DNA of 48,334 bases from Piscirickettsiaceae bacterium (GTDB lineage: Bacteria > Pseudomonadota > Gammaproteobacteria > Methylococcales > Cycloclasticaceae), in assembly GCA_002401365.1 (NCBI GenBank), contig NVSW01000002.1, forward strand, positions 1 through 48,334. The letters run 5' to 3'. Of the stretch, positions 40,436 through 48,334 are shown piece by piece (the stretch's first letter is position 1; each line of letters begins with the position of its first letter). The notes under the pieces were generated by a model that saw nothing but the letters and a program-made list of their open reading frames with translations, was not told where the DNA came from and did no database searches. The translations under genes and the position numbers were made by a program.

Positions 40436-41410
40436 ATGTTGAACGCCTTTTCTGTTGCTCCAATGATGGATTGGACGGATAGACACTGTCGGTATTTTCA
40501 CCGCCTGCTGACGCCTCATGCACTTCTTTATACGGAAATGGTTACCACCGGTGCGTTGTTGCATGGTGATACTGAACGGTTTTTGCGTTTCGATGAGTTT
40601 GAATATCCGCTAGCTTTACAGCTAGGTGGCAGTAATCCCAAGGATATGGCACATTGTGCAAGGCTTGCTCAACTGGCTGGGTTTAAGGAAATAAATATTA
40701 ATGTGGGTTGCCCGAGTGATCGTGTGCAAAGTGGACGTTTTGGTGCTTGTTTAATGTCTGAGCCAGAGCTTGTAGCAAACTGTGTTACTGAGATGTTATC
40801 TGAAGTTGATATACCCGTTACCATAAAGACACGCATTGGTATAGACGATCAAGAGTCGGCAGAATTTTTATTAGACTTTATTAGCAGGGTCGCAAAAGCG
40901 GGTTGTAAAACATTTATTATTCATGCACGAAAAGCCATTCTTAGCGGCTTATCGCCAAAAGAAAACAGAACTATACCGCCGTTAAATTATGATAGGGCAT
41001 ACCTAGTAAAACAAGAATTCCCTGAATTAAGTGTCATTATCAACGGTGGGGTAAAAACGGTAGCTGCTATCCAGCAACACTGGGATCAGCTTGATGGCGT
41101 AATGATTGGTAGAGAGGCTTATCATAACCCTTATTTTTTAGCCGAAGTGGAGCAACAATTATTTGCCGAACCCATAAAAACTAGAACACAATTGTTACAA
41201 CAATATATACCATACGTCGAAGAGCAACTGAACTTGGGAGAACCCTTGCAACGTATTTCTAGGCATATACTTGGCTTATTTGCAGGGCAGCCAAGTGGAA
41301 AATATTGGCGGCGTTACCTAAGTGAGAATGCCCGACTTAAAAACTCTGGTCCTGAGGTGCTTTTGGCAGCGCTAGCTGCTATGCAGTCGCATCAAACAAA
41401 TGTTAATTAA
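40436..41410 (+). CDS. dusA: tRNA dihydrouridine(20/20a) synthase
   Basis: SVAPMMDWTDRHCR, NVGCPSDRVQSGRFGACLM, HARKA, LSPKENR and GREAYHNP. Confidence 0.97.
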   Translation: MLNAFSVAPMMDWTDRHCRYFHRLLTPHALLYTEMVTTGALLHGDTERFLRFDEFEYPLALQLGGSNPKDMAHCARLAQLAGFKEININVGCPSDRVQSGRFGACLMSEPELVANCVTEMLSEVDIPVTIKTRIGIDDQESAEFLLDFISRVAKAGCKTFIIHARKAILSGLSPKENRTIPPLNYDRAYLVKQEFPELSVIINGGVKTVAAIQQHWDQLDGVMIGREAYHNPYFLAEVEQQLFAEPIKTRTQLLQQYIPYVEEQLNLGEPLQRISRHILGLFAGQPSGKYWRRYLSENARLKNSGPEVLLAALAAMQSHQTNVN

Positions 41411-41458
41411 TCGATAATATCTCGGTATACTGCTTTTTCAATAAACAAATAATTTGCT

Positions 41459-42007
41459 ATGGAAGATTTATACAAAAAGATCATCTTGGAAATTGGTGAA
41501 GATGTGGAACGCCAAGGTTTAGTTGATACGCCAAAACGGGCGGCGAAAGCGATGACATTTTTAACCAGTGGCTATCAAAAGAATATACATGATGTTGTAA
41601 ATGGTGCCGTTTTTAATTCAGCAGCAGACGATATGGTTATCGTGCAAAATATTGAATTGTATTCAATGTGCGAACATCATTTATTGCCGTTTATTGGCAA
41701 ATGTCATGTTGCGTATCTGCCGTCTGGTAAAGTGCTAGGCTTATCTAAAGTCGCCAGAATTGTTGATATGTTTGCGAGGAGATTACAAATTCAAGAACAA
41801 TTGACCACGCAAATTGCCGATTCAATTCTTGAGGTGACGGGTGCAAAAGGGGTTGCTGTAGTGGTTGAAGCAAAACACCTATGTATGATGATGAGAGGTG
41901 TTGAAAAACAGAATTCATTAATGACAACATCCAGTATGCTGGGGCAATTTCGTAAAAATGCTGAAACACGTGCTGAGTTTTTAAGTTTATTGAAGATGAG
42001 CTCATAA
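41459..42007 (+). CDS. folE: GTP cyclohydrolase I
   Basis: [32 protein letters not shown] and HLCMMMRGV. Confidence 0.98.
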   Translation: MEDLYKKIILEIGEDVERQGLVDTPKRAAKAMTFLTSGYQKNIHDVVNGAVFNSAADDMVIVQNIELYSMCEHHLLPFIGKCHVAYLPSGKVLGLSKVARIVDMFARRLQIQEQLTTQIADSILEVTGAKGVAVVVEAKHLCMMMRGVEKQNSLMTTSSMLGQFRKNAETRAEFLSLLKMSS

Positions 42008-42014
42008 GCTTTAG

Positions 42015-43019
42015 ATGAAGAAAACAGCCGTCTTATTGGTTAATTTAGGGACCCCAGATGCACCTACGGAAAAGGCAGTCCGAGCGTATTTAAAAGAGTT
42101 TTTATGGGACCCAAGAGTGGTACAAATCCCACGTTTTATTTGGTGGTTTGTTTTAAATTGGGTGGTTTTAAGGAAGCGCCCTAAAGAGTCTGCTAAAGCC
42201 TACCGACAAATTTGGACGGATAAAGGCTCTCCTTTAATGGTGTTTTCCAAACGCATCCAGCGGGCAATGCAAGCCATTGCAGAGCAAGCACCCAACGGTG
42301 ATTACAAGGTCTTTTTAGCGATGAGATATGGGCAACCATCCATAAGATCAGTTATGGAGGAGATAAAGCGCCATACGCCTGATAATATTTTATTGTTGCC
42401 GCTATACCCTCAATTTGCGACCTCTAGTACGGGGACTGCTTGGTATAAGTTTCGTTCCGAATATGAACAGTTGCAAGCCGCGCCCGACAGTAAAACAATT
42501 TTAGATTACCACGATGATGAAGGTTATATTGATGCGCTAGCGGATAGTGTGCGTCGGTATTGGGCGGATAACGGAAAGGCTGATTGTTTGGTGATGTCAT
42601 TTCATGGGGTGCCAGAAAGAACGATTAGGCAAGGTGACCCTTATTTATTCCAATGTACTAAGACGGCGGAGTTGTTGGTTGAAAAGCTCGAGCTGGAGCC
42701 TTTAGAGTGGCGCTTGGTTTTTCAGTCTCGTTTTGGTAGAGACAAGTGGATACAACCCTATTGTGTAGATGTTCTGCAAACCTTGCCGCAGCAAGGCGTA
42801 TTGAATGTGGATGTTATCTGTCCAGGCTTTGCAGCAGACTGTTTAGAAACATTAGAAGAAATTGCTCTGTTAAATAAAGACGTGTTTTTACAAGCAGGTG
42901 GTGAACAATATCGCTATATTCCGGCTCTAAATGATGATGAAAAACTTATTAAGGCATTATTTTCATTGGTTGAAAGCAATAATTTAACCGATTCAAAAAC
43001 GTTGGAGGAAGGTTTGTAA
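42015..43019 (+). CDS. hemH: Ferrochelatase
   Basis: LVNLGTPDAP, GSPL, AMRYG, LYPQF, SFHGVP, FQSRFG..W and DCLETLEE. Confidence 0.98.
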   Translation: MKKTAVLLVNLGTPDAPTEKAVRAYLKEFLWDPRVVQIPRFIWWFVLNWVVLRKRPKESAKAYRQIWTDKGSPLMVFSKRIQRAMQAIAEQAPNGDYKVFLAMRYGQPSIRSVMEEIKRHTPDNILLLPLYPQFATSSTGTAWYKFRSEYEQLQAAPDSKTILDYHDDEGYIDALADSVRRYWADNGKADCLVMSFHGVPERTIRQGDPYLFQCTKTAELLVEKLELEPLEWRLVFQSRFGRDKWIQPYCVDVLQTLPQQGVLNVDVICPGFAADCLETLEEIALLNKDVFLQAGGEQYRYIPALNDDEKLIKALFSLVESNNLTDSKTLEEGL

Positions 43020-43219
43020 TGGCAAATTTTTTTGGCCCTAATTCTGGTTGCCCAATGTGCAAAATGATGAGGAGTATGGCCTTTAGTGGCATTGGTGCAG
43101 CAATCGGCGCGGGTATTGCGAGTTTGTTGGAGTTACAAAAAGTGGATGTTTGGTTAAGTGCAATCGGTGGCGCTTTTGTAATGGTTTTTATTGTGATGAA
43201 AAAACTGGAAAAAAAATGA
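43019..43219 (+). CDS. Hypothetical 66-aa membrane protein with an N-terminal CPMC (CxxC) motif
   Basis: Fills the gap exactly, with a TAATG overlap with hemH and an ATGA overlap with the next gene. GGAGG/AAGG SD upstream, two Gly/Ala-rich hydrophobic helices and a basic C-terminus. Confidence 0.8.
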   Translation: MANFFGPNSGCPMCKMMRSMAFSGIGAAIGAGIASLLELQKVDVWLSAIGGAFVMVFIVMKKLEKK

Positions 43220-43488
43220 GATTTATTATATTAGTTGGCATTATTTTATTGAGTAGTGGTTGTTCGCAGGAGCAGCAAAATAGAATCTCACGCTTAGGTG
43301 TGAATTGGTTGGAGGGCAACTACAAAGTTACTTTCTATGAAGGAAATTACAAAAAAGAATGGCTTGTATTGGATGGTAAAGTTACCTCAGAAGCAGAAAA
43401 AGGCTATTACTACTTTTGGGTAAAAGAAGGTGGTAAGAAAAAGTATGTGCAAACGCCAATTGACCGTACGATCATAGAAGAGTTTTAG
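43216..43488 (+). CDS. Hypothetical lipoprotein (90 aa)
   Basis: [16 protein letters not shown] lipoprotein signal from ATG 43216, followed by an aromatic, beta-rich mature region. Confidence 0.8.
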   Translation: MRFIILVGIILLSSGCSQEQQNRISRLGVNWLEGNYKVTFYEGNYKKEWLVLDGKVTSEAEKGYYYFWVKEGGKKKYVQTPIDRTIIEEF

Positions 43489-43495
43489 CTGTTCG

Positions 43496-44275
43496 ATGTG
43501 TGAATTGTTGGGAATGAGTGCAAATGTACCGACAGATATTTGTTTTAGTTTCAGTGGTCTTGTTAAGCGCGGTGGTGAGACGGGCGATCATAAAGATGGT
43601 TGGGGAGTTGCTTTTTATGAAGGCAAAGGTTATCGCTCATTTCATGACCCTATTGCTAGCGTTAACTCAGAAATTGCTAAGTTCATTCAGCAGTATTCAA
43701 TTAAAAGTACAACGGTTATTTGCCATATTCGTAAAGCTAACCGAGGTCGAGTTTGCCTTGAAAATACACACCCGTTTTCTAGGGAGCTATGGGGCAAAAC
43801 TTGGTCGTTTGCGCACAATGGTCAATTGAAAGGAATTAAAAAAAAGACACTCAAACACTTCATGCCTGTTGGTACAACAGATAGCGAATACGCTTTTTGT
43901 TGGCTGCTTGATCAACTTAAACAACAATTTCCAATAAAGCCATCACGTAAAAAAGTATTATGGTTAGCAATAGAGACGTTATGTGACGAAATCGCCAAGC
44001 TCGGTGTGTTTAATATACTGCTCAGTGATGCAGAAAATCTTTATGTTTACTGTGCCACAAAACTCGCATGGCTGACTCGTCAGTCGCCGTTTTCTGAAGC
44101 GCAACTAATTGATGCTGATGTTCGAGTTGATTTTAAACAGGAGACGTCGAAGCATGATGTGGTAACCGTTGTAGCGACGGAACCGTTAACCTCGAATGAG
44201 CAATGGACAACAATGGCTAAAGGACAATTTACAGTTTTTAGTGCCGGTAAGAAAAGGTATACAAACCTGAGTTAA
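43496..44275 (+). CDS. yafJ: Class II glutamine amidotransferase (YafJ family)
   Basis: N-terminal [35 protein letters not shown] and GTTDSE. Confidence 0.93.
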   Translation: MCELLGMSANVPTDICFSFSGLVKRGGETGDHKDGWGVAFYEGKGYRSFHDPIASVNSEIAKFIQQYSIKSTTVICHIRKANRGRVCLENTHPFSRELWGKTWSFAHNGQLKGIKKKTLKHFMPVGTTDSEYAFCWLLDQLKQQFPIKPSRKKVLWLAIETLCDEIAKLGVFNILLSDAENLYVYCATKLAWLTRQSPFSEAQLIDADVRVDFKQETSKHDVVTVVATEPLTSNEQWTTMAKGQFTVFSAGKKRYTNLS

Positions 44276-45147
44276 TGGCCAAAGAAAAGAGCGTAGGTTT
44301 TTTTAAATTGATCATTAACTGACGCAGTTACAGAGGGTACGACGTTGTAAGTTAAGCCTACTTGCTTCCATGCAGGGTCATCAACCAGCAGTGTGTGGGT
44401 TATTTCATTTTCGTCAGTTGTCGTACTTAGATGAGCAAGGTTGTTGGCTAAATAAATGAGCGTAGATTCAAGCTGGTGACTTGAAGATAGCTGTGGATGG
44501 TGATGGTATTTTGCGGGCGCCTGAATGGCATCAGGTATTTTCCACATTTCTAGTAAGCCGCCACCGACATCCGCGTGGGTAAAGCCAAAGGTTGCTATTT
44601 CAGCATCAATATCACTGAGCTGACTCGCTTTGCTTAATAAAACGGCAGAACGAGCTAGTTCGGGTGCTTTTTTATACATAACTAGTCTGCCAATATCATG
44701 TAATAAACCGCTGATAAAAATAGATGAGAGTTGGTTACATTTGGGATGGTGCTCAGATAAAAACTTAGCAAACAAAGCCGTCTCTAGACTATGAGACCAA
44801 AATTGTTTCATGTTTAACAGTGTATTTGGCAGGCTGGAAAACTTTTCTATAACACTGGTCGTTATAACCAATAAGCGTATCTCACGGTCACCAAGTATGG
44901 TAATTGCTTTGCTAATTGTTTGTACTGTTGCAGGAAAACCATAGAAGGCAGAGTTAACAATTTTTAACATCCTTGCTGAAAGAGAAGGGTCTTGCTCAAT
45001 TATTTTAGCAATATCATCAGCTGTAGTGGTGTGCTTATCTAACGCTTCAGAGATCCGCATGAAGACTTCAGGGGGTGAGCATAAATCGATTTCTCCGCTC
45101 AGGAAATCACTAACCGATGCAATATTTTGTGCAAGCTGTACCATCAT
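44272..45147 (-). CDS. Stand-alone HDOD domain protein
   Basis: [33 protein letters not shown] and [13 protein letters not shown]. Confidence 0.92.
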   Translation of the reverse strand: MMVQLAQNIASVSDFLSGEIDLCSPPEVFMRISEALDKHTTTADDIAKIIEQDPSLSARMLKIVNSAFYGFPATVQTISKAITILGDREIRLLVITTSVIEKFSSLPNTLLNMKQFWSHSLETALFAKFLSEHHPKCNQLSSIFISGLLHDIGRLVMYKKAPELARSAVLLSKASQLSDIDAEIATFGFTHADVGGGLLEMWKIPDAIQAPAKYHHHPQLSSSHQLESTLIYLANNLAHLSTTTDENEITHTLLVDDPAWKQVGLTYNVVPSVTASVNDQFKKTYALFFGH

Positions 45148-45344
45148 TTAACTTTAGCAGATTATTAAATTTTATTTGCGGCAAAGCTAAAAGTAAAAAC
45201 CAGCTACAGTTAGTTGGCTGTAATTCTTGCTTTATACACAATATCTACTAGTATTCTAACGTGTATGAACAAATCAACGTATAGAGTTATCACTAAGGGT
45301 GTTAAATTATTAATAATAATTTCATAAACTTACTAAAATTAATG

Positions 45345-45374
45345 TTGACATGACATTAACTTTAGGCTTAAAGT
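45345..45374 (+). promoter_or_regulatory. Putative sigma70 promoter of the EAL gene, overlapped by two inverted repeats
   Basis: TTGACA-18 bp-TAAAGT, with inverted repeats TTAATGT-N7-ACATTAA and AACTTTA-N4-TAAAGTT. Confidence 0.5.
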
Positions 45375-45412
45375 TGTTGATAATAAAATATCGCCTAGCT
45401 AGGTGGTGGGGA

Positions 45413-45424
45413 GACAGGGATGTC
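45413..45424 (+). promoter_or_regulatory. CsrA/RsmA-type GGA hairpin in the 5' UTR
   Basis: GACA-GGGA-TGTC contains ACAGGGATGT, matching the CsrA consensus ACANGGANGU with GGA in the loop. Confidence 0.6.
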
Positions 45425-45453
45425 ATGTGAATAAGAATAAAAAAGGTATATTC

Positions 45454-47295
45454 ATGAGTCCGATTGAAAGGTTACGTGATAAAAAAATTCTGATTATAGA
45501 AAATGATCAGGATAAGTTGATGCATCTACAGAATTTGTTGTCGTTGGCTGGTTTTAGAAATTTGATACCAGTAACAAACCATCAAGATGTGTTTGAGGCA
45601 ATCCGTCCGTTGCAAAATAAAATTGATGAACTGGGGGTGATACTTTTATCTCACAATTTACCGCAATGTGATATTTACGAACTGAGCAAACTACTTACAA
45701 CATTAGACGGGCATGATGCCATCCCGCTGATATTTTTAATGGATGAAACCGTTAGCATTGATGACAAGTTGTTAAAACAATGTCATCAAGCAAATGCCGC
45801 AACGGTAGTCCATTATCCTGATGACCCATTAACATTTTCTTCCTTAATGACGTTGGCGTTGGCACTGAAAAATGAACGTGATGACAGGTTAAATAATGAT
45901 GCCAAATTAGTTATAGAACTTTCAGAAAGGCGCATTATGGAGGCAAGGCTACAGTACCTAGTTTCACATGATGAATTGACGGGGCTTTCAAATAGAAGTG
46001 GTTTAGAAAAAGCATTAAATTTTGCCATTCTTCGCTGTAAAAACTTTAAGCAAGAGGGCGCGCTGCTAGATATTGATCTTGATCAATTTAAGGTTATAAA
46101 TGATATTGAAGGGCATGAGGTAGGTGATCGTTTATTGATCGAAATGTCAACCTTGATAAGGTCAAACCTTGATACAGAAGCATTTATAGCAAGAGTGGGG
46201 TCAAATTCTTATCAAGTTTTATTGAGCAAGGTATCGCAAAAACAAGTTGTTGAAATAGCAGATCAGCTTCGCTTAACGGTTGATACATTTGAGTTTGTAG
46301 CGGGTGGCAATACATACAATGTGTCTGCTAGCATTGGTGTAGCAATATTAGATCCAAAGCAAAAAATTAACCGAGCAAGTGAGTTAATGTCAAGGGCGCA
46401 TCACGCCTGTTGTAATGCTAAAAAGCTCGGTAGAAATAAAGTTTACCTCTATGAGAATAATGATATTCAGCTAACAACACTCAGAGATGACGCTAAATGG
46501 GTGCCCAAAATTCGCGAAGCTTTACGTAAAGACCAGTTCAAATTAGTGTTTCAGCCTGTTGTACAAGTATCTGATGGCCGTGTTTCTCATTATGAGACGT
46601 TGTTGCGCTTGCAAAATGAACAAGGCGAGCTTTTATCACCTGAAAAATTTATTCCCGTTGCAGAACGTATGGGGCTTATCCAGCAAATAGATTTGTGGGT
46701 GGTTACCTCTATAATTGATCTGATTGCAGCGCTACCTGAAGCTGATAAAGATATCTCATTTACAGTGAATTTATCGAGCCACGCGTTACAGTGTGACTAC
46801 ATATTGCCGGTATTAAAACAAAAGCTTGAGAGTACGTGGGTATCACCTTCACGGTTAACATTTGAAATTACCGAAACAGCGGCGGTAACAAATTTCGAAA
46901 AAACGCGCCAAATGGTTTCCAAAATAAGAGCATTAGGTTGTCGGTTTGCACTAGATGACTTTGGAGCCGGGTTCAGTTCATTTAATTACATTAAGAACTT
47001 CCCAGTAGATTATTTGAAGATTGATGGTCAATTTATCAGTAATTTAGTTTGTGATGCGGCTGATCAAGTGCTGGTGAAGTCGATGATTGATGTAGCTCAT
47101 AGCTTGGGAAAAAAGGCGATAGCAGAATACGTGTCAAATGCTGAAATTCTTCGTCTGTTAAAAGAGTTCGGCGTTGATTATGTTCAGGGCTTTTTACTTG
47201 GAAAACCTGAAATAAATTTATTAAATAATAGGTACATTTCCTTATCAGAACTTCTTAATAAACCGTTAGATATAGAGGAAATGGTCACCTCATAG
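45454..47295 (+). CDS. Pseudo-receiver / degenerate GGDEF / EAL c-di-GMP phosphodiesterase
   Basis: Receiver-like N-terminus, HDELTGLSNR, DLDQFKVIND, GSNSY in place of GGDEF, and EAL motifs YETLLRL, VNLS, EITET, DDFGAGFSS, KIDG and QGF. ATG 45454 is preferred. Confidence 0.93.
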   Translation: MSPIERLRDKKILIIENDQDKLMHLQNLLSLAGFRNLIPVTNHQDVFEAIRPLQNKIDELGVILLSHNLPQCDIYELSKLLTTLDGHDAIPLIFLMDETVSIDDKLLKQCHQANAATVVHYPDDPLTFSSLMTLALALKNERDDRLNNDAKLVIELSERRIMEARLQYLVSHDELTGLSNRSGLEKALNFAILRCKNFKQEGALLDIDLDQFKVINDIEGHEVGDRLLIEMSTLIRSNLDTEAFIARVGSNSYQVLLSKVSQKQVVEIADQLRLTVDTFEFVAGGNTYNVSASIGVAILDPKQKINRASELMSRAHHACCNAKKLGRNKVYLYENNDIQLTTLRDDAKWVPKIREALRKDQFKLVFQPVVQVSDGRVSHYETLLRLQNEQGELLSPEKFIPVAERMGLIQQIDLWVVTSIIDLIAALPEADKDISFTVNLSSHALQCDYILPVLKQKLESTWVSPSRLTFEITETAAVTNFEKTRQMVSKIRALGCRFALDDFGAGFSSFNYIKNFPVDYLKIDGQFISNLVCDAADQVLVKSMIDVAHSLGKKAIAEYVSNAEILRLLKEFGVDYVQGFLLGKPEINLLNNRYISLSELLNKPLDIEEMVTS

Positions 47296-47360
47296 CCACT
47301 TTTTTATGACATGATAGACATTCCGCGTGATCACGTATCGTCTTTATTTGTTGTTATTGT

Positions 47361-48334
47361 ATGGCTGGATCGAAAACCAAAGCTAAGTCTGCTAGAAAAA
47401 ATGTAAAAAAACGTAAACCTAAGCGTAAAAACAAAGGTTTTTTGAGTTCTTTAGTTGTTAAAATTGCATTAATCTTAAGCGTAATTTCCAGCATTTATAT
47501 AGCGTATTTAGATTACACCGTACGTTCTCAGTTTGAGGGCAAGCGTTGGGAGCTTCCAGCGCACGTGTATGCGAGCCCAGTAGAACTCTTTCAAGGCCTA
47601 TCAATGACGACAACTGAGTTTGAGGCCTTACTTCACGACTTGCATTATGAGCATAAGTCAGATTCAAATGTGAGCGGTATTTATACCCGTTCGGGGTCTA
47701 TTTTTTCATTAACAACTAGGCAGTTCGATTTTTGGGATGGTAGTGAGGCGTCTAAGAGGGTGCAGATTCGATTTGCTCATAATCAAATTTCAAGCATTAA
47801 AGACCGTGCTTCAGGTCGTAGTTTGCCACTTCTAAGATTAGACCCAGTTCAAGTAGGGAGCTTCTATCCGAGCCATAAAGAAGATCGAGTACTGGTTAAA
47901 ATCGATCAAGTGCCACAAACATTAATTGATGCATTGATTGCTGTTGAGGACCGTAATTTTTACGCACACTTTGGCGTATCTCCGAAAGGTATTTTACGCG
48001 CTATTTGGGTTAACTTTAAGGCTGGTTCAGTTGTTCAAGGCGGCAGCACATTAACCCAGCAATTAGTTAAAAACTTTTATTTGAGCTCTAAACGAAGCCT
48101 ATGGCGTAAGGCCAAAGAGGCTGTAATGGCGATTATTTTAGAGCTGAGATATGAAAAAAATGATATTTTAGAAGCGTATTTAAATGAAGTTTTCTTAGGG
48201 CAGGACAGAGACCGTTCAATCAATGGCTTTGGTATGGCGAGTGTTTTTTATTTTAATCAACCATTGGCAGAGTTAAAGCCACATCAAGTAGCCTTGTTAG
48301 TGGGCATGGTAAAAGGGCCGTCATACTATGACCC
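47361..48334 (+). CDS. mrcB: Penicillin-binding protein 1B (partial, runs off the right edge)
   Basis: Translated by hand: basic N-tail, TM helix, YLDYTVRSQFEGKRWELPAHVYA, UB2H region, and transglycosylase motifs EDRNFY, QGGSTLTQQLVKN, RKAKE and YLNEVFLGQ. Confidence 0.96.
   Translation, partial: MAGSKTKAKSARKNVKKRKPKRKNKGFLSSLVVKIALILSVISSIYIAYLDYTVRSQFEGKRWELPAHVYASPVELFQGLSMTTTEFEALLHDLHYEHKSDSNVSGIYTRSGSIFSLTTRQFDFWDGSEASKRVQIRFAHNQISSIKDRASGRSLPLLRLDPVQVGSFYPSHKEDRVLVKIDQVPQTLIDALIAVEDRNFYAHFGVSPKGILRAIWVNFKAGSVVQGGSTLTQQLVKNFYLSSKRSLWRKAKEAVMAIILELRYEKNDILEAYLNEVFLGQDRDRSINGFGMASVFYFNQPLAELKPHQVALLVGMVKGPSYYD

Noticed and set aside
45148-45453. c-di-GMP riboswitch or CsrB-like sRNA in the long spacer
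   Set aside because: I could not see a GEMM-type two-stem architecture, and there are only two GGA motifs and no terminator.
47326-47335. Palindrome CGTGATCACG upstream of mrcB
   Set aside because: A single 10-bp palindrome with no supporting context is compatible with chance.

Overview
This is a gene-dense, moderately AT-rich stretch of core chromosome from a marine-type gammaproteobacterium. The proteins remind me of Cycloclasticus/Methylococcales-like lineages, but that placement is an inference. Gene order: partial methyl-accepting chemotaxis protein (minus strand, runs off the left edge, not in the ORF track), queG, then the conserved nnrD-tsaE-amiB-mutL-miaA-hfq-hflX-hflK-hflC-DUF2065-hisZ-purA superoperon, mobA, rnr-rlmB, a YcxB-like membrane protein, rpsF-rpsR-DUF2232-rplI, dnaB-alr-radA, a minus-strand corC / FHA / PilZ(MapZ-like) group, a polar-flagellar block fleQ-fleS-fleR-fliEFGHIJ, oadGAB, dusA-folE-hemH-small CxxC membrane protein-lipoprotein-yafJ, an HDOD protein, a pseudo-REC/degenerate-GGDEF/EAL protein and partial mrcB at the right edge. 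I saw no tRNA, rRNA, CRISPR array, IS element or prophage. I cannot support a clearly new large system here. The best leads are smaller: (i) a 66-aa CPMC-motif membrane microprotein and a lipoprotein whose genes overlap head-to-tail downstream of ferrochelatase; (ii) a degenerate double-FHA protein just upstream of a MapZ-like c-di-GMP receptor; (iii) several readable cis-elements, namely a FleQ box over the fleQ -35, a sigma54+IHF fleS promoter, a sigma28 promoter hidden in the queG 3' end, a sigma32 hfq promoter, the S6:S18 leader RNA, a CsrA hairpin before the phosphodiesterase gene and a probably leaderless oadG.
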